Origin: Sulfurimonadaceae bacterium
GTDB taxonomy: Bacteria; Campylobacterota; Campylobacteria; Campylobacterales; Sulfurimonadaceae
Direction: 5' to 3'
NCBI GenBank assembly: GCA_041548245.1
Contig: JBFESZ010000022.1
Span: forward strand, 1 to 26,213
Length of the DNA: 26,213 bases
Shown here: in pieces, positions 25,191-26,213 of the stretch
Position numbering within the stretch: the stretch's first letter is position 1
Layout: every line of letters starts with the position of its first letter
Notes under the pieces: model-generated
What the model was told of the DNA's origin: nothing
Databases searched by the model: none
Seen by the model: only the letters and a program-made list of their open reading frames with translations
Position numbers and translations under genes: made by a program

Positions 25191-26213
25191 ATGAAAAAAG
25201 AAATCAATGACATTTTTAGCTACCACAATGAGACCAAACACTCTACTCGAAGATATGCCCGTTCTTTGGGCTATATGGACTGGACGACTCAACCTGATCC
25301 TTTTCGTTCTTATAGTAATACAGAAAAAATTCAACTCCCTTTGAGCCTGAATAATCCAACACCACCGTATCACCTTATCTTTGAGAATGATCTTCCCTGT
25401 GCACCCCTCATGTTAGAGTCTGTCTCTCAACTCTTTCAGTTCTCACTAGGATTGGCTGCATGGAAACAAGCCGGCCAACAGAAGTGGGCTCTGCGCTGTA
25501 ATGCATCAAGCGGCAACCTGCACCCAACCGAGTCTTATATCATTCTACCTCCACTTAAGGGAATCAGTGAACAGAGTTCTGTCTCACACTATGGGCCAAA
25601 ACATCATCATCTTGAAAAACTTTGTACCTTTGATACTGATTTTTGGAACAATCTGGAAAATGGAAGTTTCTTACTCGCAATAAGTTCCATCACCTGGCGT
25701 GAAGTGTGGAAATATGGAGAACGTGCCTTTAGATATTGCTCTTTGGACGCAGGCCATGCTTTACGTGCTGTACAGATATCTGCTATGATGCTTGGATGGA
25801 AGGTCCAGTTGCTCGATAATGTTCATGACGCTGAACTTAGCAAGCTCCTCGGTTTTGATCAGACACAACGCTATATTCAAGATGAAAAAGAGTTCCCAGA
25901 TATGCTCTTAGTTATCTCCCCCCTACAAAGACAATATTTCGAACTTTCAACGCTTCTTTCTGACCTTCCACTGCAGTATAACGGTACTGCCAACCTGTTA
26001 AGTCCAGCCCATCAACCTTGGGAGATGATACAACTCATTGAAGAAGCCACTTATTCCTTAGCCTCTACGCGTGAACGTATTTCCTGTTTACCTGTAGCAA
26101 GAAAACCGTCCATAGAGTCTAAAAAGCTTGTACTGACACGACGGTCTGCACAGATGATGGACAGAGAACGTGCTTCAATTACTCAAGCAGAGTTCTATAC
26201 CCTGATCTCCTCC
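25191..26213 (+). CDS. SagB/ThcOx-family FMN-dependent dehydrogenase (nitroreductase fold), 3'-truncated by the window edge
   Basis: Manual translation from ATG 25191: MKKEINDIFSYHNETKH...MDWTTQPDPFRSY...WALRCNASSGNLHPTESY...WREVWKYGERAFRYCSLDAGH. Absent from the ORF track, consistent with no stop before the window end. Confidence 0.88.
   Translation, partial: MKKEINDIFSYHNETKHSTRRYARSLGYMDWTTQPDPFRSYSNTEKIQLPLSLNNPTPPYHLIFENDLPCAPLMLESVSQLFQFSLGLAAWKQAGQQKWALRCNASSGNLHPTESYIILPPLKGISEQSSVSHYGPKHHHLEKLCTFDTDFWNNLENGSFLLAISSITWREVWKYGERAFRYCSLDAGHALRAVQISAMMLGWKVQLLDNVHDAELSKLLGFDQTQRYIQDEKEFPDMLLVISPLQRQYFELSTLLSDLPLQYNGTANLLSPAHQPWEMIQLIEEATYSLASTRERISCLPVARKPSIESKKLVLTRRSAQMMDRERASITQAEFYTLISS

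Noticed and set aside
1249-25683. Numerous short alternative-frame and antisense ORFs in the track (e.g. 4498-4887, 18515-18961, 22172-22474, 25164-25373, 25501-25683)
   Set aside because: They overlap well-supported genes, lack recognisable motifs or RBS, and look like shadow ORFs.

Overview
Chromosomal window from a Campylobacterota (epsilonproteobacterial) genome, most plausibly a Sulfurimonas/Sulfuricurvum-type organism (inferred from the rpsO / Rrf2-flhA-DHH gene order and protein style). Core genes (proA, dnaK, grpE, rpsO, Rrf2 regulator, flhA, DHH/NrnB-like nuclease, and a SagB/ThcOx-family dehydrogenase missed by the ORF track) flank a ~13.8 kb minus-strand chemosensory cluster (6685-20518). 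The cluster core order (double-signalling-domain MCP, triple CheW, CheB, HEAT protein, CheR, CheY ... CheA, STAS-like) resembles the F9-class cytoplasmic-array system of Vibrio cholerae cluster I (DosM). Here it carries extra modules: a stand-alone Aer/CetB-type PAS protein, a CheW with an internally inserted CZB zinc/redox domain, a small CheZ-motif protein, an orphan ParA, a 444-aa response regulator with an unrecognised output domain, and a small CxC/CxxH protein. I saw no transmembrane segment in any cluster protein. grpE-dnaK has no hrcA upstream but has two HAIR (HspR) operator-like sites, one overlapping a consensus sigma70 promoter. An AT-rich orphan ORF with a HEPN-like RNxxxH motif lies at the left edge. 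No tRNA, rRNA, CRISPR array, transposase or integrase was recognised.
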